From assembly GCA_040285825.1 (NCBI GenBank), contig JAUPSS010000007.1, positions 1,583,475-1,647,474 of the forward strand: DNA of 64,000 nt, read 5' to 3'. A program made the position numbers and the translations under genes. The notes beneath the pieces are model-generated. The model did no database searches. It was not told where the DNA came from and saw only the letters and a program-made list of their open reading frames with translations. Shown piece by piece: positions 36,201 through 50,300 of the stretch (position 1 is the first letter of the stretch; every line of letters starts with the position of its first letter). The DNA comes from Eukaryota sp. TZLM1-RC (Eukaryota; Protista; Metamonada: BaSk clade).

Positions 36201-39200
36201 CAATTAATATAACAATTGTGGTGTTAAAGTCCGTGCTATGGTCATTTGAGTAGTCATTGGTTTGATTGGTTGAATGGTCATTGGTGTGATTTGGTGAGTT
36301 GCATGTAGTCCTTATGTACTAGATGTGATCAACTTGTGATCAAACTTTGTGTGAAATTGTGTGTGAGTAATGTTGGCTATGTGTTACTTGATCAGAACAA
36401 ACTCATGATTACATTTTCAATTGATTTTGTATATATTTGAATTAATTGAGTTTATTAATTTTTAAACATTAAATTGTAAAAATAGTAAAAAATCAAAAAG
36501 TATACAATTGAATGTTGCAAACTAATAAAACCATTGCTGTAAGTGTAAGAGTATCGTTTTTGATACGATTTACTGAGGCTCATATGAAGTTCCTAGTTTC
36601 GTATATTGACCAATGGTTGTTTATTACAATCATTGGTCAAATCTTTAAAGTCCATTTTGGGACAATTAATATAACAATTGTGGTGTTAAAGTCCGTGCTA
36701 TGGTCATTTGAGTAGTCATTGGTTTGATTGGTTGAATGGTCATTGGTATGATTAGATGAGTTGCATGTAGTCTTTATGTACTAGATGTGATCAACTTGTG
36801 ATCAAACTTTGTGTGAAATTGTGTGTTAGTAATGTTGGCTATGTGTTACTTGATCAGTACAAACTCATGATTACATTTTCAAATGATTTTGTATATATTT
36901 GAATTAATTGAGTGTATTAATTTTTAAACATTAAATTGTAAAAAAAGTAAAAAATCAAAAAGTATACAATTGAATGTTGTAAACTAATAAAACAATTGCT
37001 GTAAGTGTAAGAGTATCGTTTTGATACGATTTACTGAGGCTCATATGAAGTTCCTAGTTTCGTATATTGACCAATGGTTGTTTATTTCAATCATTGGTCA
37101 AATCTTTAAAGTCCATTTTGGGACAATTAATATAACAATTGTGGTGTTAAAGTCCGTGCTATGGTCATTTGAGTAGTCATTGGTTTGATTGGTTGAATGG
37201 TCATTGGTGTGATTTGGTGAGTTGCATGTAGTCCTTATGTACCAGATGTGATCAACTTGTGATCAAACTTTGTGTGAAATTGTGTGTGAGTAATGTTGGC
37301 TATGTGTTACTTGATCAGAACAAACTCATGATTACATTTTCAATTGATTTTGTATATATTTGAATTAATTGAGTTATTAATTTTTAAACATTAAATTGTA
37401 AAAATAGTAAAAAAATCAAAAAAAGTATACAATTGAATGTTGCAAACTAATAAAACCATTGCTGTAAGTGTAAGAGTATCGTTTTTTTGATACGATTTAC
37501 TGAGGCTCATATGAAGTTCCTAGTTTCGTATATTGACCAATGGTTGTTTATTACAATCATTGGTCAAATCTTTAAAGTCCATTTTGGGACAATTAATATA
37601 ACAATTGTGGTGTTAAAGTCCGTGCTATGGTCATTTGAGTAGTCATTGGTTTGATTGGTTGAATGGTCATTGGTATGATTTGGTGAGTTGCATGTAGTCC
37701 TTATGTACCAGATGTGATCAACTTGTGATCAAACTTTGTGTGAAATTGTGTGTGAGTAATGTTGGCTATGTGTTACTTGATCAGAACAAACTCATGATTA
37801 CATTTTCAATTGATTTTGTATATATTTGAATTAATTGAGTTATTAATTTTTAAACATTAAATTGTAAAAATAGTAAAAAAATCAAAAAAAGTATACAATT
37901 GAATGTTGCAAACTAATAAAACCATTGCTGTAAGTGTAAGAGTATCGTTTTGATACGATTTACTGAGGCTCATATGAAGTTCCTAGTTTCGTATATTGAC
38001 CAATGGTTGTTTATTACAATCATTGGTCAAATCTTTAAAGTCCATTTTGGGACAATTATTATAACAATTGTGGTGTTAAAGTTCGTGCTATGGTCATTTG
38101 AGTAGTCATTGGTATGATTGGTTGAATGGTCATTGGTATGATTAGGTGAGTTGCATGTAGTCCTTATGTACTAGATGTGATCAACTTGTGATCAAACTTT
38201 GTGTGAAATTGTGTGTGAGTAATGTTGGCTATGTGTTACTTGATCAGAACAAACTCATGATTACATTTTCAATTGATTTTGTATATATTTGAATTAATTG
38301 AGTTATTAATTTTTAAACATTAAATTGTAAAAATAGTAAAAAATCAAAAAGTATACAATTGAATGTTGCAAACTAATAAAACCATTGCTGTAAGTGTAAG
38401 AGTATCGTTTTTGATACGATTTACTGAGGCTCATATGAAGTTCCTAGTTTCGTATATTGATCATTGGTCAAATCTTTAAAGTCCATTTTGGGACAATTAT
38501 TATAACAATTGTGGTGTTAAAGTCCGTGCTATGGTCATTTGAGTAGTCATTGGTATGATTGGTTGAATGGTCATTGGTATGATTAGGTGAGTTGCATGTA
38601 GTCCTTATGTACTAGATGTGATCAACTTGTGATCAAACTTTGTGTGAAATTGTGTGTGAGTAATGTTGGCTATGTGTTACTTGATCAGAACAAACTCATG
38701 ATTACATTTTCAATTGATTTTGTATATATTTGAATTAATTGAGTTATTAATTTTTAAACATTAAATTGTAAAAATAGTAAAAAATCAAAAAGTATACAAT
38801 TGAATGTTGCAAACTAATAAAACCATTGCTGTAAGTGTAAGAATATCGTTTTTGATACGATTTACTGAGGCTCATATGAAGTTCCTAGTTTCGTATATTG
38901 ACCAATGGTTGTTTATTACAATCATTGGTAAAATCTTTAAAGTCCATTTTGGGACAATTATTATAACAATTGTGGTGTTGAAGTCCGTGCTATGGTCATT
39001 TGAGTAGTCATTGGTATGATTGGTTGAATGGTCATTGGTATGATTAGGTGAGTTGCATGTAGTCCTTATGTACTAGATGTGATCAACTTGTGATCAAACT
39101 TTGTGTGAAATTGTGTGTGAGTAATGTTGGCTATGTGTTACTTGATCAGAACAAACTCATGATTACATTTTCAATTGATTTTGTATATATTTGAATTAAT

Positions 39201-40662
39201 TGAGTTATTAATTTTTAAACATTAAATTGTAAAAATAGTAAAAAATCAAAAAGTATACAATTGAATGTTGCAAACTAATAAAACCATTGCTGTAAGTGTA
39301 AGAGTATCGTTTTGATACGATTTACTGAGGCTCATTTGAAGTTCCTAGTTTTCGTATATTGACCAATGGTTGTTTATTACAATCATTGGTCAAATCTTTA
39401 AAGTCCATTTTGGGACAATTATTATAACAATTGTGGTGTTAAAGTCCGTGCTATGGTCATTTGAGTAGTCATTGGTATGATTGGTTGAATGGTCATTGGT
39501 ATGATTAGGTGAGTTGCATGTAGTCCTTATGTACTAGATGTGATCAACTTGTGATCAAACTTTGTGTGAAATTGTGTGTGAGTAATGTTGGCTATGTGTT
39601 ACTTGATCAGTACAAACTCATGATTACATTTTCAATTGATTTTGTATATATTTGAATTAATTGAGTTATTAATTTTTAAACATTAAATTGTAAAAATAGT
39701 AAAAAAATCAAAAGTATACAATTGAATGTTGCAAACTAATAAACCATTGCTGTAAGTGTAAGAGTATCGTTTTGATACGATTTACTGAGGCTCATATGAA
39801 GTTCCTAGTTTCGTATATTGACCAATGGTTGTTTATTACAATCATTGGTCAAATATTTAAAGTCCATTTTGGGACAATTAATATAACAATTGTGGTGTTA
39901 AAGTCCGTGCTATGGTCATTTGAGTAGTCATTGGTATGATTGGTTGAATGGTCATTGGTATGATTAGGTGAGTTGCATGTAGTCCTTATGTACTAGATGT
40001 GATCAACTTGTGATCAAACTTTGTGTGAAATTGTGTGTGAGTAATGTTGGCTATGTGTTACTTGATCAGTACAAACTCATGATTACATTTTCAATTGATT
40101 TTGTATATATTTGAATTAATTGAGTTATTAATTTTAAACATTAAATTGTAAAAATAGTAAAAAATCAAAAAGTATACAATTGAATGTTGCAAACTAATAA
40201 AACCATTGCTGTAAGTGTAAGAGTATCGTTTTTGATACGATTTACTGAGGCTCATATGAAGTTCCTAGTTTCGTATATTGACCAATGGTTGTTTATTACA
40301 ATCATTGGTCAAATCTTTAAAGTCCATTTTGGGACAATTATTATAACAATTGTGGTGTTAAAGTCTGTGCTATGGTCATTTGAGTAGTCATTGGTATGAT
40401 TGGTTGAATGGTCATTGGTATGATTAGGTGAGTTGCATGTAGTCCTTATGTACTAGATGTGATCAACTTGTGATCAAACTTTGTGTGAAATTGTGTGTGA
40501 GTAATGTTGGCTATGTGTTACTTGATTAGAACAAACTCATGATTACATTTTCAATTGATTTTGTATATATTTGAATTAATTGAGTTATTAATTTTTAAAC
40601 ATTAAATTGTAAAAATAGTAAAAAATCAAAAAGTATACAATTGAATGTTGCAAACTAATAAA
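33296..40662. repeat. Satellite A tandem array, 16 copies of ~460 bp
   Basis: Marker ttactgaggctca recurs 16 times from ~33337 to ~40242 at about 460-bp spacing. Confidence 0.97.
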
Positions 40663-43112
40663 GTTTAGAAAAACATTGTTGCATGAACTTTTACATTGAT
40701 AAAGAGGTTTTTCTTTTTGTTATTAAACATAAATAAAAAATAAATTTAAAATTTCATAAATTCAACAAACACTTTTATTGCAAAATCAGTACACGAAACT
40801 AGATGCTCTATTGATCAAAACTACTGCACCAAAAAAGCGGAAACAATTTGGCATAGTTTTCATTTGAAATCCCCATCTCTTATATGAAAAAAGGACTCCA
40901 CACTTGACAATAAATCTTTGAATTGTAATATCCATATGAGTGTTTTAAAACGCTGTTGAATGTTATTGTGTTTTCACACTTTCTGTGAAAACATGCTTAT
41001 GCACAAGTGATACAAGGTAGGTTTGATACATGAAGAAATGATTTATGTATTCTGTTTCAATGGCAATCTTGAAAACAATAGTGTTGGCAGAAAAGATGAT
41101 GTATGTACTGAAAAGAATACTGTCCAGGAAAACTTTATTACGATAGAGTCTTCATCAAGAAGAAAGTACAACGGTGAAGACATCAAGCCAATCCATGAAC
41201 AATTGAGATCAAAAGAGTGATTGAGTCAAACGAAACACTTACAATAACCAATAGGTAAAAGATTTACGGAATAGAAATCCAAAATGCGCTAGGCAAGGCT
41301 GCTGCACTGATGGCAATTGTGATGTCTACCCTTCTGCCCCGAAGAATCATGGCACTAAGAGTATAATGTGTTTGAAGTTACAGACGCATCCCAAAGTCGG
41401 AGTACGGAAATGAGAAAAACCGCAGAAGGTTGCTCAGGTTGGAAGATCAGATTTTGGGTCTGGTTTCAAACTTCAGATTTTCCAATTTTGACATTGGAAT
41501 TTTACCAACCCATAATGCAATTAATTTTGGTTTTGCTTTCCTGTTTTCTGCATGTGTTTGTATATGGCAACGGTAACGCTAATTTCTGTACGATTATCAT
41601 TCTTTTGATTAGATTAGTATTTCTTTCAAAATTTTGAGCTTTATGCATCATTGAAACCAATGTTCATGTCATTGATCTGATTTAAATTCTTTTGTTGATA
41701 ATCCTTTTGCAATTGTTGTGACAATTTATACATGGTTATCTTGCCTTTAAAAAAATCGAAACGAATGGCGCAATTTACAGGAGAAGTTTTCAATTTATGA
41801 ATAGCACCACTGGTTTTGATCACATTTTTGGTGTAAAAAACATTGTTGCGTGAACTTTTACATTGATAAAGAAAATTATTTTACTTTTGTTATTTGACAG
41901 AAACAAAAAATAAATTTTTAAAAATTTACAGTTTCACTTTCATTTTGAATGTATTCTAAAAACAGATATCATTTGTTTGACTTGAATCAAAAGGTGATCG
42001 TTTGTAAAGGCAACGGTAACGCTATTTTCTGCACGATTATCATTCTTTTGATTAGGTCAGTATCTTTTCAAAATTTAAGAGCTTTATACATCATTAAAAA
42101 CCAATGTTCATGTCATTCATTTGATTTGAATTCCTTTGTTGATAATCTTTTTACAACATTTGCGACAATTTATACTTGGTTATCTTGCCTTTGAAAAATG
42201 GAAACGAATGGCGCATTTTACAAGAGAAGTTTTCAAGTTTATAAATACAGCATGTGTTCTTGATCACATTTTTGGTGTAAAAACATTGTTGCGTGAACTT
42301 TTACATTGATAAAGAAGTTTTTCTTTTTTATTAAACATAAATAAAAAATAAATTCAAAATTTCATAAATTCAACAAACACTTTTATTGCAAAAATCAGTA
42401 CACGAAATCAGATGCTCTATTGATCAAAAATACTGCACCAAAAAGCTAAAACAATTTGGCATAGTTTTCATTTGAAATCCCCATTTCTTATATGACAAAA
42501 GACTCACACTTGACATTAAATCTTTGAATTGTAATATTCATATGAGTGTTTAAAAACGCTGTTGAATGTTATTGTGTTTTCACACTTTCTGTGAAAACAT
42601 GCTTATGCACAAGTGATACAAGGCAGGTTTGATACATGAAGAAATGATTTATGTATTCTGTTTCAATGGCAATCTTGAAAACAATAGTGTTGGCAGAAAA
42701 GATGATGTATGTACTGAAAGAATACTGTCCAGGAAAACTTTATTATGATAGAGTCTTCATCAAAAGAAAGTACAACGGTGAAGACATCAAGCCAATCCAT
42801 GAACAATTGAGATCAAAAGAGTGATTGAGTCAAACGAAACACTGACAATAACCGATAGGTAAAAGATTTACGGAATAGAAATCCAAAATGCGCTAGGCAA
42901 GGCTGCTGCACTGATGGCAATCGTGATGCCTACCCTTCTGCCCCGAAGAATCATGGCACTAAGAGTATAATGTGTTTAAAGTTACAGACGCATCCCAAAG
43001 TCGGAGTACGGAAATGAAAAAAACCGCAGAAGGTTGCTCAGGTTGGAAGATCAGATTTTGGGTCTGGTTTCAAACTTCAGATTTTCCAATTTTGACATTG
43101 GAATTTTACCAA

Positions 43113-43536
43113 CCTCGTGGTAAGTCTGCCGGACTTTCTGGTATTACTATTGATCATGTAAAAGCCGCGATTATTTCTTCAGAAGATTGCCTTGGTTTAT
43201 TGACCAAATTTTTCAACCAAATATTATCTGGTCAACGCAAGTACCCAGAAGAATTAAGAAGTTCTCGTTTGACTGCACTTGTCAAAAATTCAAAAATGGA
43301 TGTTCGTCCTATTGCAGTCTCTGAGAGCTTACATAATATTTTTTCTGCGTGTTGCTTAAGCAGGTTCAATGAAAAAGCTAAAAAGATTTTATTACCCTTT
43401 CAATATGGTATAAATACTACAGATGGAGTCTCTTCAGCGATTTTTGCTACTGATGTCTTATTTCGTCAAAATGAATCCAATGTTTGCATGTCATTGGATT
43501 TTAGTAATGCTTTCAATTCGCTAAGTCGTCGCAGTA
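43113..43536 (+). mobile_element. RT fragment of CRE-like family 4 embedded in a repeat-C X module
   Basis: About 94% identical (24 differences counted by eye) to 31484-31908, PRGKSAG to NSLSRRS. Confidence 0.9.
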
Positions 43537-44345
43537 CATAGTGCTTATTTGATCAATGTATACATTTCATCCATACCTAAAACTGTGTACATCGTATTCA
43601 TACTGAAAGATCCTCTATTGATAATATGCATCGAATGGCTATAGACAATCTGAAGTTTTCATTTTAGATGACCCATTGTAGATCATGTCTGCATGACAGT
43701 CATTTTGAATCGCTCAATTTTCAAACTGTTAAAGATATTATTCTTTTTGTAAACATTAGTACAGTGATAAATCAAGTTTCAAATTGAAATGCAATATCAT
43801 TATGAGCATGTTTCAGATACATGAAAGACCATATGTTTGCTGTCATGATCATTTGATGTTTGCAAATGGTCAAATCTTTCTGAAAGACTTTATGATGGTC
43901 TTTGATTAGGTCAAGCATATTGCAAGACATTTATGAGCTTTATCATGAATAGTGTCATGATCACTGATGTGATTATGAGTCATCTAAAAGAAAATTAAAT
44001 GACGAGTAAAAATGACTGTCAGTGAAAACTTTTATTATGATAAGTCTTCATCAAGAAAAGTTTACAAAATGTCACAGACATGAAGAAACGATATCAAATG
44101 ATGCATGAAATACAATATGAGTAGTCAAAAAGGTATGAATTTTCAAATCAGAAATGCTGTATATGCACAGATGATGAGATCACAAAAATGAGTACAACGC
44201 TGAAAACATCGAAATGATAGCATGATCATGTGATATCTACCCTTATGCCCGCATGGAAATCAGGAGTAAGCTGTTACATGTGTTTGAATGTTACAGCGAT
44301 CTCTGATCCCAATTAGTCAGGGAGCATAGCGGAAATGAAAAAAAC
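43537..44345. other. Degraded sequence, probably low-quality consensus or an assembly join
   Basis: Begins as a noisy continuation of the RT and ends as a noisy version of module X, while the flanking copies are near-identical to each other. Confidence 0.6.
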
Positions 44346-47300
44346 CCATGAAGGTTGCTCAGGTTGGAAGATCAGATTTGGGTCTGGTTTCAAACTTCAG
44401 ATTTTCCAATTTTGACATTGGAATTTTACCAACCCATAATGCAATTAATTTTTGGTTTTGCTTTCCTGTTTTCTGCATGTGTTTGTATATGGCAACGGTA
44501 ACGCTAATTTCTGTACGATTATCATTCTTTTTGATTAGATTAGTATTTCTTTCAAAATTTGAGCTTTATGCATCATTAAAACCAATGTTCATGTCATTGA
44601 TCTGATTTAAATTCTTTTGTTGATAATCCTTTTTGCAATTGTTGTGACAATTTATACATGGTTATCTTGCCTTTAAAAAAATCGAAACGAATGGCGCAAT
44701 TTTACAGGAGAAGTTTTCAATTTATGAATAGCACCACTGGTTTTTGATCACATTTTTGGTGTAAAAAAACATTGTTGCGTGAACTTTTACATTGATAAAG
44801 AAAAATTATTTTACTTTTGTTATTTGACAGAAACAAAAAATAAATTTTTAAAAAATTTACAGTTTCACTTTCATTTTGAATGTATTCTAAAAACAGATAT
44901 CATTTGTTTGACTTGAATCAAAAAGGTGATCGTTTGTAAAAGGCAACGGTAACGCTATTTCTGCACGATTATCATTCTTTTGATTAGGTCAGTATCTTTT
45001 CAAAATTTATGAGCTTTATGCATCATTAAAACCAATGTTCATGTCATTCATTTGATTTGAATTCCTTTGTTGATAATCTTTTTACAACATTTGCGACAAT
45101 TTATACATGGTTATCTTGCCTTTGAAAAATGGAAACGAATGGCGCATTTACATGAGAAGTTTTCAAGTTTATAAATACAGCATGTGTTCTTGATCACATT
45201 TTGGTGTAAAAAAACATTGTTGCGTGAACTTTTACATTGATAAAGAAAAATTATTTTACTTTTGTTATTTGACAGAAACAAAAATAAATTCCAAAAAAAT
45301 TTACAGTTTCACTTTCATTTTGAATGTATTCTAGAAACAGATATCGTTTGTTTGATTTGAATCAAAAAGGTGATCGTTTGTATATGGCAACGGTAACGCT
45401 ATTTTCTGCACGATTATCATTCTTTTGATTAGGTCAGTATCTTTTCAAAATTTAAGAGCTTTATACATCATTAAAACCAATGTTCATGTCATTCATTTGA
45501 TTTGAATTCCTTTGTTGATAATCTTTTTACAACATTTGCGACAGTTTATACATGGTTATCTTGCCTTTGAAAAATGGAAACGAATGGCGCATTTTACAAG
45601 AGAAGTTTTCAAGTTTATAAATACAGCATGTGTTCTTGATCACATTTTTGGTGTAAAAAAACATTGTTGCGTGAACTTTTACATTGATAAAGAAGTTTTT
45701 CTTTTTTTTATTAAACATAAATAAAAAATAAATTCAAAATTTCATAAATTCAACAAACACTTTTATTGCAAAATCAGTACACGAAATCAGATGCTCTATT
45801 GATCAAAAATACTGCACCAAAAAAGCTAAAACAATTTGGCATAGTTTTCATTTGAAATCCCCATTTCTTATATGACAAAAAGACTCCACACTTGACATTA
45901 AATCTTTGAATTGTAATATCCGTATGAGTGTTTAAAACGCTGTTGAATGTTATTGTGTTTTCACACTTTCTGTGGAAACATGCTTATGCACAAGTGATAC
46001 AAGGCAGGTTTGATACATGAAGAAATGATTTATGTATTCTGTTTCAATGGCAATCTTGAAAACAATAGTGTTGGCAGAAAAGATGATGTATGTACTGAAA
46101 AGAATACTGTCCAGGAAAACTTTATTACGATAGAGTCTTCATCAAGAAGAAAGTACAACGGTGAAGACATCAAGCCAATCCATGAACAATTGAGATCAAA
46201 AGAGTGATTGAGTCAAACGAAACACTTACAATAACCGATAGGTACAAGATTTACGGAATAGAAATCCAAAATGCGCTAGGCAAGGCTGCTGCACTGATGG
46301 CAATTGTGATGTCTACCCTTCTGCCCCCAAGAATCATGGCACTAAGAGTATAATGTGTTTGAAGTTACAGACGCATCCCAAAGTCGGAGTACGGAAATGA
46401 GAAAAAACCGCAGAAGGTTGCTCAGGTTGGAAGATCAGATTTTGGGTCTGGTTTCAAACTTCAGATTTTCCAATTTTGACATTGGAATTTTACCAACCCA
46501 TTATCCAATAGATTTTGGTTTTGCTTTCCTGTTTTCTGCATGTGTTCGTATATGGCAACGGTTACGCTAACTTCTGTACGATTATCATTTTTTTGATTAG
46601 ATTAGTATTTCTTTCAAAATTTAGAGCTTTATACATCATTAAAACCAATGTTCATGTCATTCATTTGATTTGAATTCCTGTGTTGATAATCTTTTTACAA
46701 CATTTGCGACAGTTTATACATGGTTATCTTGCCTTTGAAAAAATGGAAACGAATGGCGCATTTTACAAGAGAAGTTTTCAAGTTTATAAATACAGCATGT
46801 GTTCTTGATCACATTTTTGGTGTAAAAAAACATTGTTGCGTGAACTTTTACATTGATAAAGAAGTGTTTCTTTTTTATTAAACATAAATAAAAAAATAAA
46901 TTCAAAATTTCATAAATTCAACAAACACTTTTATTGCAAAATAAGTACACGAAATCAGATGCTCTATTGATCAAAAATACTGCACCAAAAAAGCTAAAAC
47001 AATTTGGCATAGTTTTCATTTGAAATCCCCATTTCTTATATGACAAAAAGACTCCACACTTGACATTAAATCTTTGAATTATAATATCCGTATGAGTGTT
47101 TAAAACGCTGTTGAATGTTATTGTGTTTTCACACTTTCTGTGAAACATGCTTATGCACAAGTGATACAAGGCAGGTTTGATACATGAAGAAATGATTTAT
47201 GTATTCTGTTTCAATGGCAATCTTGAAAACAATAGTGTTGGCAGAAAAGATGATGTATGTACTGAAAAGAATACTGTCCAGGAAAACTTTATTACGATAG

Positions 47301-50300
47301 AGTCTTCATCAAGAAGAAAGTACAACGGTGAAGACATCAAGCCAATCCATGAACAATTGAGATCAAAAGAGTGATTGAGTCAAACGAAACACTTACAATA
47401 ACCGATAGGTACAAGATTTACGGAATAGAAATCCAAAATGCGCTAGGCAAGGCTGCTGCACTGATGGCAATTGTGATGTCTACCCTTCTGCCCCCAAGAA
47501 TCATGGCACTAAGAGTATAATGTGTTTGAAGTTACAGACGCATCCCAAAGTCGGAGTACGGAAATGAGAAAAACCGCAGAAGGTTGCTCAGGTTGGAAGA
47601 TCAGATTTTGGGTCTGGTTTCAAACTTCAGATTTTCCAATTTTGACATTGGAATTTTACCAACCCTTAATGCAATTAATTTTGGTTTTGCTTTCCTGTTT
47701 TCTGCATGTGTTCGTATATGGCAACGGTTACGCTAACTTCTGTACGATTATCATTTTTTTGATTAGATTAGTATTTCTTTCAAAATTTTGAGCTTTATGC
47801 ATCATTGAAACCAATGTTCATGTCATTGATCTGATTTAAATTCTTTTGTTGATAATCCTTTTGCAATTGTTGTGACAATTTATACATGGTTATCTTGCCT
47901 TTAAAAAAATCGAAACGAATGGCGCAATTTACAGGAGAAGTTTTCAATTTATGAATAGCACCACTGGTTTTTGATCACATTTTTGGTGTAAAAAAACATT
48001 GTTGCGTGAACTTTTACATTGATAAAGAAAATTATTTTACTTTTGTTATTTGACAGAAACAAAAAAATAAATTTTTAAAAAATTTACAGTTTCACTTTCA
48101 TTTTGAATGTATTCTAAAAACAGATATCATTTGTTTGACTTGAATCAAAAGGTGATCGTTTGTAAAAGGCAACGGTAACGCTATTTTCTGCACGATTATC
48201 ATTCTTTTGATTAGGTCAGTATCTTTTTCAAAATTTATGAGCTTTATACATCATTAAAACCAATGTTCATGTCATTCATTTGATTTGAATTCCTTTGTTG
48301 ATAATCTTTTTACAACATTTGCGACAATTTATACATGGTTATCTTGCCTTTGAAAAAAATGGGAAACGAATGGCGCATTTTACATGAGAAGTTTTCAAGT
48401 TTATAAATACAGCATGTGTTCTTGATCACATTTTTGGTGTAGAAAAACATTGTTGCATGAACTTTTACATTGATAAAGAAAATTATTTTACTTTTGTTAT
48501 TTGACAGAAACAAAAACATAAATTCCAAAAAAATTTACAATTTCACTTTCATTTTGAATGTATTCTAGAAACAGATATCGTTTGTTTGATTTGAATCAAA
48601 AGGTGATCGTTTGTATATGGCAACGGTAACGCTATTTTCTGCACGATTATCATTCTTTTGATTAGGTCAGTATCTTTTTCAAAATTTAAGAGCTTTATAC
48701 ATCATTAAAACCAATGTTCATGTCATTCATTTGATTTGAATTCCTTTGTTGATAATCTTTTTACAACATTTGCAACAATTTATACATGGTTATCTTGCCT
48801 TTGAAAAAATGGAAACGAATGGCGCATTTTACAAGAGAAGTTTTCAAGTTTATAAATACAGCATGTGTTCTTGATCACATTTTTGGTGTAAAAAAACATT
48901 GTTGCGTGAACTTTTACATTGATAAAGAAAATTATTTTACTTTTGTTATTTGACAGAAACAAAAAAATAAATTTTTAAAAAATTTACAGTTTCACTTTCA
49001 TTTTGAATGTATTCTAGAAACAGATATCGTTTGTTTGATTTGAATCAAAAGGTGATCGTTTGTATATGGCAACGGTAACGCTATTTTCTGCACGATTATC
49101 ATTCTTTTGATTAGGTCAGTATCTTTTTCAAAATTTAAGAGCTTTATACATCATTAAAACCAATGTTCATGTCATTCATTTGATTTGAATTCCTTTGTTG
49201 ATAATCTTTTACAACATTTGCGACAGTTTATACATGGTTATCTTGCCTTTGAAAAATGGAAACGAATGGCGCATTTTACAAGAGAAGTTTTCAAGTTTAT
49301 AAATACAACATGTGTTCTTGATCACATTTTTGGTGTAAAAATACATTGTTGCATGAACTTTTACATTGATAAAGAAAATTATTTTACTTTTGTTATTTGA
49401 CAGAAACAAAAAAATAAATTCCAAAAAAAATTTACAGTTTCACTTTCATTTTGAATGTATTCTAGAAACAGATATCGTTTGTTTGATTTGAATCAAAAGG
49501 TGATCGTTTGTATATGGCAACGGTAACGCTATTTTCTGCACGATTATCATTCTTTTGATTAGGTCAGTATCTTTTTCAAAATTTAAGAGCTTTATACATC
49601 ATTAAAACCAATGTTCATGTCATTCATTTGATTTGAATTCCTGTGTTGATAATCTTTTTACAACATTTGCGACAGTTTATACATGGTTATCTTGCCTTTG
49701 AAAAAATGGAAACGAATGGCGCATTTTACAAGAGAAGTTTTCAAGTTTATAAATACAGCATGTGTTCTTGATCACATTTTTGGTGTAAAAAAACATTGTT
49801 GCGTGAACTTTTACATTGATAAAGAAAATTATTTTACTTTTGTTATTTGACAGAAACAAAAAAATAAATTCCAAAAATTTACAATTTCACTTTCATTTTG
49901 AATGTATTCTAGAAACAGATATCGTTTGTTTGATTTGAATCAAAAGGTGATCGTTTGTATATGGCAACGGTAACGCTATTTTCTGCACGATTATCATTCT
50001 TTTGATTAGGTCAGTATCTTTTTCAAAATTTAAGAGCTTTATACATCATTAAAACCAATGTTCATGTCATTCATTTGATTTGAATTCCTTTGTTGATAAT
50101 CTTTTACAACATTTGCAACAATTTATACATGGTTATCTTGCCTTTGAAAAAATGGAAACGAATGGCGCATTTTACAAGAGAAGTTTTCAAGTTTATAAAT
50201 ACAGCATGTGTTCTTGATCACATTTTTGGTGTAAAAAAACATTGTTGCGTGAACTTTTACATTGATAAAGAAAATTATTTTACTTTTGTTATTTGACAGA

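Noticed and set aside
41300-41460. Hammerhead ribozyme or SRP RNA in module X (CTGATGG; CAGGTTGGAAGATCAG)
   Set aside because: The hammerhead core needs CUGANGA plus GAAA with flanking stems, and the SRP helix-8 AGCAG is missing. Only partial motifs are present.
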